A DNA stretch of 64,000 nt, taken from contig NC_088128.1 of assembly GCF_036370855.1 (NCBI RefSeq), positions 292,899-356,898 of the forward strand. The letters run 5' to 3'. The notes under the pieces were generated by a model, which was given only the letters and a program-made list of their open reading frames with translations, made no database searches and was not told the DNA's origin. A program made the translations under genes and the position numbers. Shown piece by piece: positions 1 to 10,119 of this stretch. How positions within the stretch are numbered: the stretch's first letter is position 1; each line of letters begins with the position of its first letter. The stretch is from Dromaius novaehollandiae. Its lineage: Eukaryota.

Positions 1-80
1 TCCCCAATGTCCCCCCAACGCCCTTGGTGTCCCCAAGCCCCACCATCTCCCCGGTGTCCCCAATGTCCCCCCCGCGGTAC
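1..80. repeat. Short-period C-rich array (gtcccc / aatgtcccc motifs) in the SRCAP intron
   Basis: Repeated gtcccc and caatgtcccc motifs run directly up to the exon at 81. Confidence 0.5.
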
Positions 81-250
81 CGGTTGACTTTCATCTTGAC
101 GGGCTTGGGCCGGGGCGGGGGGTCGGGGGCGGCGGCCACGTCCTCGAGGAGGCGGCGGGTGACGCGCCAGCGGGGCAGGAAGGTGTCGGCGGCGTAGCGC
201 GACGCCCGCCCCTCCAGCCCCACCAGGTCGAAGAGCCCCATGTCCACCTG
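81..250 (-). CDS. SRCAP: SRCAP coding exon (C-terminal end of the SNF2 helicase region, leading into the linker)
   Basis: The minus-strand translation is QVDMGLFDLVGLEGRASRYAADTFLPRWRVTRRLLEDVAAAPDPPPRPKPVKMKVN(R). It matches human SRCAP QRIDMGRFDLIGLEGRVSRYEADTFLPRHRLSRRVLLEVATAPDPPPRPKPVKMKVNR. Acceptor is ccccgcag at 251-253 and donor is CG|gtaccg at 80-79. The gene continues beyond the window start. Confidence 0.85.
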
Positions 251-1400
251 CTGCGGGGACAGGGACACCGCTGTCACCGCCACCGCCACCGCCACCGCCG
301 CACCCCAGAACCGCCGCCGTGGGGACGCGGGAGGCCCCCGAGGGACGAGGTGGCAGCTGCGCCCGTCACGTGGGGCGCCGCGGTGGTGGCCACGGGGACG
401 TGAGGTGTCACCTACGGGCCCATGTGTCACCTACGGCCCCAGAACTGCCACCATGGGGACAGAGAGCTCGACATGGGAAGAAGGTGGCACCTATGTCCCG
501 AAAATTGCCACCGTGGGGAGGTGGGACCCCATCAAGGGACGAGGTGGCACCTGCGCCCGTCACGTGGGGCGCCGCGGTGGTGGCCACGGGGACGTGAGGT
601 GTCACCTACGGCCCCATGTGTCACCTAAGACCCCGTGTGTCACCTATGTCCCCATGTGTCACCTACAGCCCCAGAACTGCCACCACGGGGACAGACAGCT
701 CTGCCCGGGATGGAGGTGGCACCTATGTCCCCAAAATTGCCACCATGGGGACACGGGAGGCCCCTGAGGGACGAGGTGGCACCTGCGCCCGTCACGTGGG
801 GCGCCGCGGTGGTGGCCACGGGGACGTGAGGTGTCACCTACGGCCCCATGTGTCACCTACGGCCCCGTGTGTCACCTATGTCCCCATGTGTCACCTACAG
901 CCCCAGAACTGCCACCACGGGGACAGACAGCTCTGCCCGGGATGGAGGTGGCACCTATGTCCCCAAAATTGCCGCCATGGGGACACGGGAGGCCCCTGAG
1001 GGACGAGGTGGCAGCTGCGCCCGTCACGTGGGGCGCCGCGGAGGTGGCCACGGGGACGTGAGGTGTCACCTACGGCCCCAGAACTGCCACCATGGGGACA
1101 GAGAGCTCAACGTGGCAAGAAGGTGGCACCTATGTCCCCAAAATTGCCACCATGGGGACGCGGGAGGCCACCGAGGGACGAGGTGGCACCTGAGCCCGTC
1201 ACGTGGGGCACCGCGGTGGTGGCCACGGGGACGTGAGGTGTCACCTATGGCCCCATGTGTCACCTACGGCCCCGTGTGTCACCTACGGCCCCAGAACTGC
1301 CACCGCGGGGACAGAGAGCTCTGCCCGGCATGGAGGTGGCACCTACGTCCCCAAAACTGCCACCGTGGGGGACACAGGGACGGCCGGGGCCGAGCACGTG
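251..1400. repeat. Tandem array with a unit of about 175-235 bp in an SRCAP intron
   Basis: The motif ccgtcacgtggggcgccgcggtggtggccacggggacgtgaggtgtcacctacgg recurs at about 363, 557, 790, 1022 and 1197. Stop-free ORFs on both strands here are artefacts. Confidence 0.8.
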
Positions 1401-2273
1401 GTGCTCTGATCAGTGCGGCTGACACTCCCCGTCACCCTCCCCGCGTTGTCACCGCATTGTCACCACGCCGGTAGCCTGTGTCCCCTCCGTGTCCCCAAGA
1501 CCCTCCCCACGGGGTCCAGAGGACCCGGATGAGGCTGAGGACGCAGCGCCCCGCCAGGTCCCGACCATGTGACCCGCACTCCCTGTCACCCTCCCCATGT
1601 TGTCACTGCGTTGTCACCGCGCCGGTAGCCTGTATCCCCTCCTGTCACCCCCAGCGTCCCCGTGGGGGCCGCAGGGACGGCCGGGACCGAGGACACGGCG
1701 CCCCGCCAGGTCCCAGCCACGCGGCCGGCGCTCCCCATCACCCTCCCTGTGTTGTCACTGCGTTGTCACCGCGTTGTCACCGCGCCGGTAGCCTGTATCC
1801 CCTCCTGTCACCCCCAGCGTCCCCGTGGGGGCCGCAGGGACGGCCGGGACCGAGGACACGGCGCCCCGCCAGGTCCCAGCCATGCGGCCAGCGCTCCCCA
1901 TCACCCTCCCTGTGTTGTCACTGTGTTGTCACCGCGTTGTCACCGCGCCGGTAGCCTGTATCCCCTCCTGTCACCCCCAGCGTCCCCGTGGGGGCCGCAG
2001 GGACGGCCGGGACCGAGGACACGGCGCCCCGCCAGGTCCCAGCCATGCGGCCAGCGCTCCCCATCACCCTCCCTGTGTTGTCACTGTGTTGTCACCGCGT
2101 TGTCACCGCGCCGGTAGCCTGTGTCCCCTCCTGTCACCCCCAGCGTCCCCGTGGGGGCCGCAGCGACGGCCGGGACCGAGGACACGGCGCCCCGCCAGGT
2201 CCCAGCCACGCGGCCGGCGCTCCCCGCCCCCCTCCCCGCCGTGTCCCCCCCCGTCCCCGGGGCGCGGCGTCAC
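1400..2273. repeat. Tandem array with a 163-bp unit, about 5 copies, in an SRCAP intron
   Basis: ccggtagcctgt recurs at 1467, 1623, 1786, 1949 and 2112, giving an exact 163-bp period. Confidence 0.85.
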
Positions 2274-2460
2274 CTTGAAGGGGTCGGGGTCGAGGGCGCG
2301 CAGCACGAGGGAGGCGGTGACGAAGCAGATGCCCTCGGTGATGAAGGGCGAGTGGATGGGCCGGGGGTCGAAGAGGTTGGGGTGGTTGCACACCTTGCGC
2401 AGCTGCATCAGCACGTTGATGACGCTCATGAAGTGGCCGGTGGCCAGGGTGGCCTTGGTG
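2274..2460 (-). CDS. SRCAP: SRCAP coding exon (helicase C-terminal lobe)
   Basis: Translation is (S)TKATLATGHFMSVINVLMQLRKVCNHPNLFDPRPIHSPFITEGICFVTASLVLRALDPDPFK. It matches human TTTKETLATGHFMSVINILMQLRKVCNHPNLFDPRPVTSPFITPGICFSTASLVLRATDVHPLQ. Acceptor is ccccgcag and donor is AAG|gtgacg. Phase is consistent with both neighbours. Confidence 0.9.
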
Positions 2461-2537
2461 CTGCGGGGGAGGGCGGAGGGCTGAGGCGGGGCCGGCGGGG
2501 GGCCGGCGGGGGGCCCCGGCGTCCCCGGCCCGCTCAC

Positions 2538-2674
2538 CTGGCCTGGCCCATGAAGTCGTCGTAGAGGTAGCGCTGCCGCTTGGACAGGCGGCACTTGATG
2601 ACGTGCTCGTACTTCTTGGGCATCTGCTTCTCCACGTCCACCTTCACCCGCCGCAGCAGGAAGGGCCGCAGCAC
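2538..2674 (-). CDS. SRCAP: SRCAP coding exon (helicase C-terminal lobe)
   Basis: Translation is [45 protein letters not shown]. It matches human [44 protein letters not shown]. Acceptor is ccgcag and donor is AG|gtgagcg. Confidence 0.9.
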
Positions 2675-2689
2675 CTGCGGGGGGGGGCG

Positions 2690-3780
2690 GGGGGGGCGTG
2701 TGTGGGGCGCGGTGGGCGGTGGGGGGGGCGTGGGGGGCGTGGGGGGGGTGCGGGGGCACCCCCAAGCCGGGGGGACCCCAGGGAGCTGCACCCTGATACG
2801 AGGAGGACCCCAAGGAGCGACACCATGACGTCGCGATGGCCCCCGGGAGCTACACCGTGACGTCACGGTGACCCCAGCGAGCTACACCCTGACATCACTG
2901 TGACCCCCGGGAGCTACACCCTGATATGAGGGGGACCCCAAGGAGTGACACCGTGACGTCGCGGTGACCCCAAGGAGCTACACCCTGATATGAAGGTGAC
3001 CCCAGCGAGCTACACCGTGACATCATGGTGACCCCAGTGAGCTACACCCTGACATCACTGTGACCCCCGGGAGCTACACCCTGATATAAGCGTGACCCCA
3101 AGGAACTACACCGTGACATCATGGTGACTCGCAGAAGCTACACCGTGACATCACAATGACCCCAGGGAGCTGTGCCCCAGGGCTGGGGGGACCCCAGGGA
3201 GCTACACCCTGATATGAGAATGACCCCAGCGAGCTACACCCTGACATCACTGTAACCCCCAGGAGCTACACCCTGATATGAGCGTGACCCCCAAAGAACT
3301 ACACCGTGACATCATGGTGACCCCCAGGAGCTACACCCTGATATAAGGATGATTCCAGAGAGCTACACCCTGACATGAGCATGACCCCCAGGAGCTACAC
3401 CCCTATATGAGGGGGACTCCAAGGAGCTACACCCCAATACCACTGTGACGCCCGGGATACACCCTGAGACACCTGAGCTACACCCTGACATCACGGTGAC
3501 CCCAGGGATATCTGGGTGACCCCAGTGTCACCCAGAGCAAGGGAGACCCCAAGGAGCTACACCCTGATATGAGGTTGACCCCAGGGAGCTACACCCTGAC
3601 ATTACAGTGACCCCAAGGAGCTACACCCCGATATCACGGTGACCCCAGGGAGCTACACCCCAGAGCTTGGATGACCCCAGGGAACTACACTCTGATATCA
3701 CACTGACGCCAAGGAGCTACACCCCAACATCATGGTGACCCCAGGGAGCTACACCCTGACATCACAGTGACCCCAGGGAG
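2690..3780. repeat. Minisatellite with a unit of about 33 bp (gaccccagggagctacaccctgacatcacggt) in an SRCAP intron
   Basis: Dozens of degenerate copies of gagctacaccctga(t/c)at are visible. Confidence 0.8.
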
Positions 3781-3825
3781 CTACACCCCGATTTCGAGGC
3801 ACCCGGGGTGGAGGGAACAACGCAC

Positions 3826-4018
3826 CTTGTGGAGCCGCTTGACGAGGCTCTCGTTGTACTCCTGGCTACCCTCGATCATGCCGGTGAGGGGGTTGGAGAA
3901 CCACTCCTTGAACTCGCGGTGCGACTGGAAGACGTGGGGCATCAGGAAGTGCATGAGCGACCACAGCTCCATGAGGCTGTTCTGCAGCGGCGTCCCCGTC
4001 AGCAACAGGCGCCGCTGG
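3826..4018 (-). CDS. SRCAP: SRCAP coding exon (SNF2 N-lobe, motif II-III region)
   Basis: Translation is (S)QRRLLLTGTPLQNSLMELWSLMHFLMPHVFQSHREFKEWFSNPLTGMIEGSQEYNESLVKRLHK. Apart from one residue it is identical to human SRCAP. Acceptor is cacccgcag and donor is AAG|gtgcg. Confidence 0.9.
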
Positions 4019-4102
4019 CTGCGGGTGACAAGCGAGGCGGGGGTGAGGCCTCCATGGGTGGTTCCCGAGCACCCAGGGGTGCCGCCCCGCCGCCCCGGGG
4101 AC

Positions 4103-4272
4103 CTGTTGAAGTTGAGCAGCGACTGCCACCGCTGCGACTTGAAGTTCTTGATGTTCTGGGCCTCGTCGAGGATGAGGTACTTCCAGTTCTTGCGGCGGAA
4201 GGCCTGGTGGTCCTGCAGCACCAGCTTGTAGGAGGTGATGCACACGTGGAAGGCGTTGGGCTTGGTCCAGCC
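4103..4272 (-). CDS. SRCAP: SRCAP coding exon (SNF2 N-lobe, DEAQ box)
   Basis: Translation is GWTKPNAFHVCITSYKLVLQDHQAFRRKNWKYLILDEAQNIKNFKSQRWQSLLNFN(S). It contains the DEAQ (DEAH-like) motif. Acceptor is cccccgcag and donor is AG|gtcccc. Confidence 0.9.
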
Positions 4273-4350
4273 CTGCGGGGGGGGGGGGGCGCGGGTGAGC
4301 GGGGGGCACCCATGGGTGGCCCCCCCACCCCGCCCCCGGGCGCCGCTGAC

Positions 4351-4487
4351 CTGCCGCTTGAGCTTGCGCTCCTTCTGGGCCCCGTAGTAGGTGAGGATCT
4401 TGAAGCTGGGGCACCAGCGCTTGAGCTCCATCTCCCAGTTGAGCATGACGCTGGTGGGCACGATGATGAGGTGGGGGCCCCAGCTGC
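4351..4487 (-). CDS. SRCAP: SRCAP coding exon (SNF2 N-lobe)
   Basis: Translation is (G)SWGPHLIIVPTSVMLNWEMELKRWCPSFKILTYYGAQKERKLKRQ. It matches human NWGPHLIIVPTSVMLNWEMELKRWCPSFKILTYYGAQKERKLKRQ. Acceptor is ccccgcag and donor is CAG|gtcagcgg. Confidence 0.9.
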
Positions 4488-4499
4488 CTGCGGGGGGGC

Positions 4500-6300
4500 G
4501 GCGGGCGTCAGCGCCGGCACCCAGGGGACCTCGGGGCACCCATAGGAGCTTGGGGCACCCTCGGGAGCCCCCCGGGGTGAAACGCGGGAGCGGGCGCGGG
4601 GAGAACGGGCTCAGGAGGACGTTGGATGGACGTGGGATGACCCAGAGGTGCCCGGACGTCTCCCAGCAAGACCCCGAGCACCCACCGAGGCACCCAGAAG
4701 ACACGGGAAGCCCCAGAAGCACCTTGGGTGGCTCCCAACAAGGCCCTGGGCACCCACCGAGGCACCTGGAGGCACCCAGGAAGCCCCAGAAGCACCCAGA
4801 CACCTCCCACCGAGACCCCGAGCACCCACCAGACCCAAGAAGGCCTCTGAGACACCCTAGAAGACTCAGGAGCTCCCACCAAGACCCCGAGCACCCACCG
4901 AGGCACCTGGAGACACCTTAGAAGCCCCAGAAGCACCCAGATACCTCCAGCCAAGACCCTGAGCACCCACCGAGGCACCTGGAGACCCAGAAGACCTCTG
5001 AAACACCCTAGAAGACCCAAAAGCACCCAGACATCTTCCACCAAGACCTTGAGCGCCCACCGAGGCACCCAGCAGACCCAGGAAGCCCTAGAAGCACCCA
5101 GGAAGCCCCAGAAGCACCCAGATATCTTCCACCAAGACCCCGAGCACCCACCGAGGCACCCAGCAGACCCAGAAGACCTCTGAAACACCCTAGAAGCCCC
5201 AGAAGCACCCAGACACCTCCCTCAAGACCTTAAGCACCCACCGAGGCACCTGGAGACACCCAGGAAGCCCCAGGAGGACCCAAACATCTCCCACCAAGAC
5301 CCTGAGCACCCACCGAGGCACCTGGAGACACCCAGGAAGCCCTAGAAGCACCCAGACACCTCCCACCAAGACCCCAAGCACCCACCGAGGCACCCAGCAG
5401 ACCCAGGAAGCCCTAGAAGCACCCAGGAAGCCCCAGAAGCACCCAGATATCTTCCACCAAGACCTTGAGCACCCACCGAGGCACCCAGAAGACCCAAAGG
5501 ACCTCTGAGACACCCTAGAAGACCCCGAAGCACCCAAACACCCCCCACCAAGACCTTGAGCACCCACTGGGGCACCTGGAGAGACTCAGGAAGTCCCAGA
5601 AGCACCCAGACACCTCCCACCAAGACCCTGAGCACCCACCAGACCTAAGAAGGTCTCTGAGACACCCTAGAAGCCCCAAAAGCACCCAGATATCTTCCAC
5701 CAAGACCCTGAGCACCCACCGAGGCACCCAACAGCCCCAGGACACCCTAGAAGCACCCAGGAAGCCCCAGAAGCACCCAGACACCTCTGCCAAGACCTTG
5801 AGCACCCACCGAGGCACCCAGCAGACCCAGAAGACCTCTGAAACGCCCTGAAAGACCCAGGAGCACCCAGCTGCCTCCCACCAAGGCCCTGAGCACCCAT
5901 CAAGGCACCCAACAGACCCAGCAAGCCCCAGAAGCACCCAGACACCTCCCTCAAGACCTTGAGCACCCACCGAGGCACCTAGAGACACCCAGGAAGCCCT
6001 AGAAGCACCCAGACACCTCCCACCAAGGCCCTGAGCACCCGTCAAGGCACCCAGCAGACCCAAGGCGGCCTCTGAGACACCCTAAAAGATCCCGAAGCAC
6101 CCAGATATCTCCTGCCAAGACCTTGAGCACCCACCGAGGCACCTGGAGACCCTCAGGAAGCCCCAGAAGCACCCAGACACCTCCCACCGAGACCCTGAGC
6201 ACCACCAAGGCACCCAGCAGCCCCAGGACGCCCTAGAAGCACCCAGGAAGCCCCAGAAGGACCCAAACGTCTCCCACCGAGACCCCGAGCACCCCCGGAG
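4500..6300. repeat. Minisatellite (gagcacccaccgaggcacc(tgg/cag)agac...aagccccagaagcacccagacacctcccaccaagaccc), sub-unit about 70-90 bp
   Basis: The array fills the intron between SRCAP exons 4487 and 6330. It is C-rich on the plus strand. Confidence 0.8.
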
Positions 6301-6329
6301 GCGCCCAGCAGCCCCGGGGCGCCCCTCAC

Positions 6330-6507
6330 CCTTCTCGCAGGCCAGGTGGGCCAGCAGGGAGATGGTCTGGATGGTCTTGCCCAGCCCCATCTCGTCGGCC
6401 AGGATGCCGTTGAGCTTCTTCTCGTACATGGTGACCAGCCAGTCGAGGCCGATGTGCTGGTACTCGCGCAGGGTGCCCCGCAGCAGGTGGGGGATGGGCG
6501 TCTTCAC
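6330..6507 (-). CDS. SRCAP: SRCAP coding exon (start of the helicase ATP-binding domain, Walker A)
   Basis: Translation is [59 protein letters not shown](G). It matches human [60 protein letters not shown] and carries the GLGKT P-loop. Acceptor is cccgtag and donor is G|gtgagg. A 76-nt intron follows on the upstream side. Confidence 0.9.
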
Positions 6508-6583
6508 CTACGGGTGCCCGCGGGTGTCAGCGGCGAGGTGGGGGGGCCGGGGGGGGGGGGTTTTGGGGGACGCCGGGGCCCAC

Positions 6584-6936
6584 CTGGGTGGTGGCCAGGG
6601 TGTAGCCCTTGGGCTGGAGGCTCTCGGCGGCGGCGGCGATGTCGGTGATCTCGGCCTTGGGCCCCGGGGTGGGGGTGGGGGTCAGGGTGGGGGTCGGGGC
6701 GGGGGCGGGGGCGGGGGGCGGGGCGCCCTCGTCGCCCTGCAGCAGGTAGGCCACGCCGCAGTCCTCCCCGCGGTCCTCCCGGGCGCCGGGGGGGGCCGCC
6801 GCCTCCCCCTCGCTCTCCTCGGCCTCCTCGTCTTCCTCCTCCTCCTCCTCCTCCTCCTCTTCGTCGTCCTCTTCGTCGTCCTCTTCGTCCTCCTCCTCCT
6901 CCTCCTCCTCCTCCTCGCTCTCGGCCGCCGGCGAGT
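6584..6936 (-). CDS. SRCAP: SRCAP acidic-linker exon with a coding (GAG/GAC)n microsatellite
   Basis: Translation is (D)SPAAESEEEEEEEEEDEEDDEEDDEEEEEEEEEEDEEAEESEGEAAAPPGAREDRGEDCGVAYLLQGDEGAPPPAPAPAPTPTLTPTPTPGPKAEITDIAAAAESLQPKGYTLATTQ. Its 3' part matches human EITDIAAAAESLQPKGYTLATTQ. Acceptor is ccccgcag and donor is CAG|gtgggcc. Confidence 0.85.
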
Positions 6937-6949
6937 CTGCGGGGCCGCG

Positions 6950-7910
6950 GGGAGGGGGGGGGACGTGAGCCCTCAGGGTGGCCCCGGCACCCGTGGGGGG
7001 GGGGGTCTGGCACCCAAGGGTGACGCCAGCGGGTGGCCATGACGCCTGGAGGTGGCTCCAGCACCCAAGGGTGACGCCAGGACCAGGGGGTGACCGTGAC
7101 ACCTGGGGGTGGCTCTGGCACCCAGGGGTGACACCAGGACCAGGGGGTGACCGTGACACCTGGGGGTGGCTCTGGCACCCAGGGGTGGCCCCAACCCCTG
7201 CAGGTGGTCCCAGCACCCTTGGGTGGCCCCAACCCCCTATGGGTGACCCCAACTCCCGTGGGTGACCCCAGCACCCTTGGGTGGCCCCAACTCCCTATGG
7301 GTTGCCCCAACTCCCTATGGGTGGCCCCACTTCCCCACTGGTGGCCCCAGCACCCATGGGTGGTCCCAGCAGCCTCGGGTTGCCCCAATCCCCTTTGGTG
7401 GCCCCAGCACCCATGGGTGGCCCCAACTCCCTATGACTGGCCCCAGCACCCTCAGATGGCCCCAGCACCCTTGGGTGGCCCTAGCACCCATGGGTGGCCC
7501 CAGCACCCTTGGGTGGCCCCAGCACTCTATGGGTGGCCCCAACTCCCCACTGGTGGCCCCAGTACCCTCAGATGGCCCCAGCACTCTATGGGTGGCCCTA
7601 GCACCCATGGGTGGCCCCAGCACTCTATGGGTGGCCCCAACCCCCATGGGTGGTCCCAGCACCCTCAGGTGGCCCCAGCACCCATGAGTGGTCCTAGCAC
7701 CCAGGGATGGCCCCAATCCCTATGGATTGCCCCAGCACCCTTGGGTGCTCCTAGCCCCCTTTGGTGGCCCCAGCACCCATGGGTGGCCCTGACTCCCTGT
7801 GGGTGACCCCAACACCCTATGGGTGGCCCCAACCCCCACAGATAGTCCCAGCACCCTATGGGCGTCCCCGGCACCCGGGGGTGGCCCCAGCACCCGTGGG
7901 CGTCCCCGCC
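6950..7910. repeat. Minisatellite with a unit of about 36-39 bp (ggtggccccagcacccatgggtggccccaactccctat)
   Basis: Many near-identical copies are present. They produce long artefactual ORFs on both strands. Confidence 0.85.
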
Positions 7911-7924
7911 CCCCGCGGCGGTAC

Positions 7925-8098
7925 CGGAGCGGGTGCTGCTGGCGTCCTCGGGGGAGGCGGAGCCAGAGCCGGGGGAGGCGGAGCCGGAGGCGGGGGCGGA
8001 GCCGGGGGCGGAGCCGGGCTCGGAGGGGGCCCCGGAGCTGGCGGAGTCGCCCAAGGCGCCGGCGTAGCGACGCAGCAGCTCCTCCATCGGCAGCGCCC
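7925..8098 (-). CDS. SRCAP: SRCAP coding exon (Ser/Gly/Pro-rich linker)
   Basis: Translation is (G)ALPMEELLRRYAGALGDSASSGAPSEPGSAPGSAPASGSASPGSGSASPEDASSTRS(G). Human has GELSMEELLQQYAGAYAPGSGSSEDEDE. Acceptor is acccgcag and donor is G|gtaccg. Phase is consistent with both neighbours. Confidence 0.8.
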
Positions 8099-8104
8099 CT
8101 GCGG

Positions 8105-9850
8105 GTCACCGTGACGTCACGGGGTCACACGCCTCGCACACGCCTCGCACACGCCTCGCACACGCCTCACACACGCCTTGACATGCCTCGCACATGCCCC
8201 GACACGCCTCGCACACGCTCCCACACGCCCCACGTGCCCCCACACACCTCGACATGTATCACACACGCATCGCACACGTCCCCCGCGTGCCCCACACGCC
8301 TCGCACATGCATCCACACGCCTCACACACGCCTCGCACACGCCCCGACACGCATCGCACACGCCCCTGTGCGCCCGTGACCCCACACACCTCGACATGTA
8401 TCACACATGCATCGCACATGTCCCCCGTGTGCCCCACACGCCTCGCACATGCATCCACACGCCTCGCACACGCCTCGCACACGCCCCGACACGCATCGCA
8501 CACGCTCCCACGCGCCCCACGTGCCCCCACACACCTCGACATGTATCACACACGCATCGCACACGTCCCCTGCGTGCCCCACATGCCTCGCACATGCATC
8601 CACACGCCTCGCACACGCCTCGCACACGCCCCGACACGCATCGCACACGCCCCTGTGCGCCCCGTGACCCCACGCACCTCGACATGTATCACACACGCAT
8701 CGCACACGTCCCCCGCGTGCCCCACACGCCTCGCACATGCATCCACACGCCTCGCACACACCTCGCACATGCCCCGACACGCATCGCACACGCCCCTGTG
8801 CGCCCCACGTGCCCCCACACACCTCGACATGTATCACACACGCATCGCACACGTCCCCCGCGTGCCCCAACACACCTCGTACACGCATCGGACATGCCTC
8901 AACACGCCTCTGCGTGACCCAGCATGCGTTGCACGCGCTTCGCACACGCCTGCACACGCATCACACGTGCTCCCGCGTGCCCCACACGGCCCAGCACGCA
9001 TCGCACACGCGTTGCACACGCCTCCACACGCCCCCACACCCATCGCACACACCTCCACACGCCTCAACACGCCTCCACATGCCTCACACGTGGCTCAACA
9101 TGCCTTGCACACGCCTCCACACACCCATGAGCCCACACACGCCCCCACATGCCTCGCATATGCCTCCACATGCCCCCACATGCATGACACACGCCTCTAC
9201 ACGCCCCCACACGCATCACGTACACATCGTACACACCCCCACATGCCTCCACACGCCTCTACATGCCTCTGTACGTCCCCACAGGCCTCGCGCCACCCCC
9301 ACACACCTCGCACATGCCCCCACATGCCTCCACACGCGTCGCACATGCCCCGCGTGCCTCCACATACATCATACACACCCGCACACGCCCCCACACACGC
9401 CTCAACATGCCTCCACATGCCTTGCACCACCCACATGCACCTCCACATGCCTCCACACGCCTTGCACACGCCTCGTGCCACCCCCACACGCCCCCACACG
9501 CCTCATGCCACCCACACACGCCTCCACACACCCCCACATGCCTCGCGCCGCCCCCACACGCCCTCACACACGCCTCGCACACGCCTTACATGCCTCCACA
9601 CACACATCAACACACCTCACGCCACACACATGCCTCCACACACCCCCACATGCCTCGCACACGCCTCATGCCACCCACATGCACCCCCCACATGCCCCCA
9701 TACACCGTATGCCACCCACACATGCCTTGTGCCGCCCACACATGCCTCCCGCCGCCTGTACACGCCTCCCGCCACCTGTACACACCAGGTACCGCCTGTA
9801 CACGCCTGGCACCGCCTGTACACGCGTGTGGCTCGGGCGCGGGGGCGGCG
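8105..9850. repeat. Array with short units (cacacgcctcg / cacacgcatcg) and a higher-order period of about 180 bp
   Basis: The blocks acgcctcgcacacgcc and gacatgtatcacacacgcatcgcacacgtccc recur at about 180-bp spacing. The 598-aa plus-strand ORF 8178..9974 is an artefact. Confidence 0.85.
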
Positions 9851-10019
9851 GGCGGGGGGGGCGCCCGGCCGCGGAGGCGCCCGAGCGGCTGCTCTGAGCA
9901 CCGGCTACCAAGCCCCGGCCCACGGCGGGGGCGGGGGCCTGTCGGGGTGCTGGGGACAGGCGGCGGCGCGGTGACGCGCGCGGGTGACGCGCGGGTGACG
10001 CGCGTGGCGCCGTCCCTAC

Positions 10020-10109
10020 CTTCGCGGGCCAGGTCGTCCAGCTCCTTCTTGTGGTCCACGTCGCCCTCCAGGCGCTCCTGGGCGGCGATGGTCTCCTCCT
10101 CGTCCTCGG
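10020..10109 (-). CDS. SRCAP: SRCAP coding exon
   Basis: Translation is (A)EDEEETIAAQERLEGDVDHKKELDDLARE(G). It matches human AEDEEDTIAAEEQLEGEVDHAMELSELAREG. Acceptor is cccctacag and donor is G|gtaggg. Confidence 0.85.
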
Positions 10110-10119
10110 CTGTAGGGGA

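Noticed and set aside
8178-9974. A 598-aa plus-strand ORF rich in His, Thr, Pro and Arg, together with dozens of other ORFs of 100 to 800 aa on both strands (for example 17320..18408, 39970..41886, 60090..62513 and 49784..50872).
   Set aside because: These ORFs lie wholly inside tandem arrays and are periodic at the repeat unit length. They arise because GC-rich repeats lack TAA, TAG and TGA, and the ORF track starts them at non-ATG codons. They resemble no protein family I can recall, and several overlap the real minus-strand exons in other frames.
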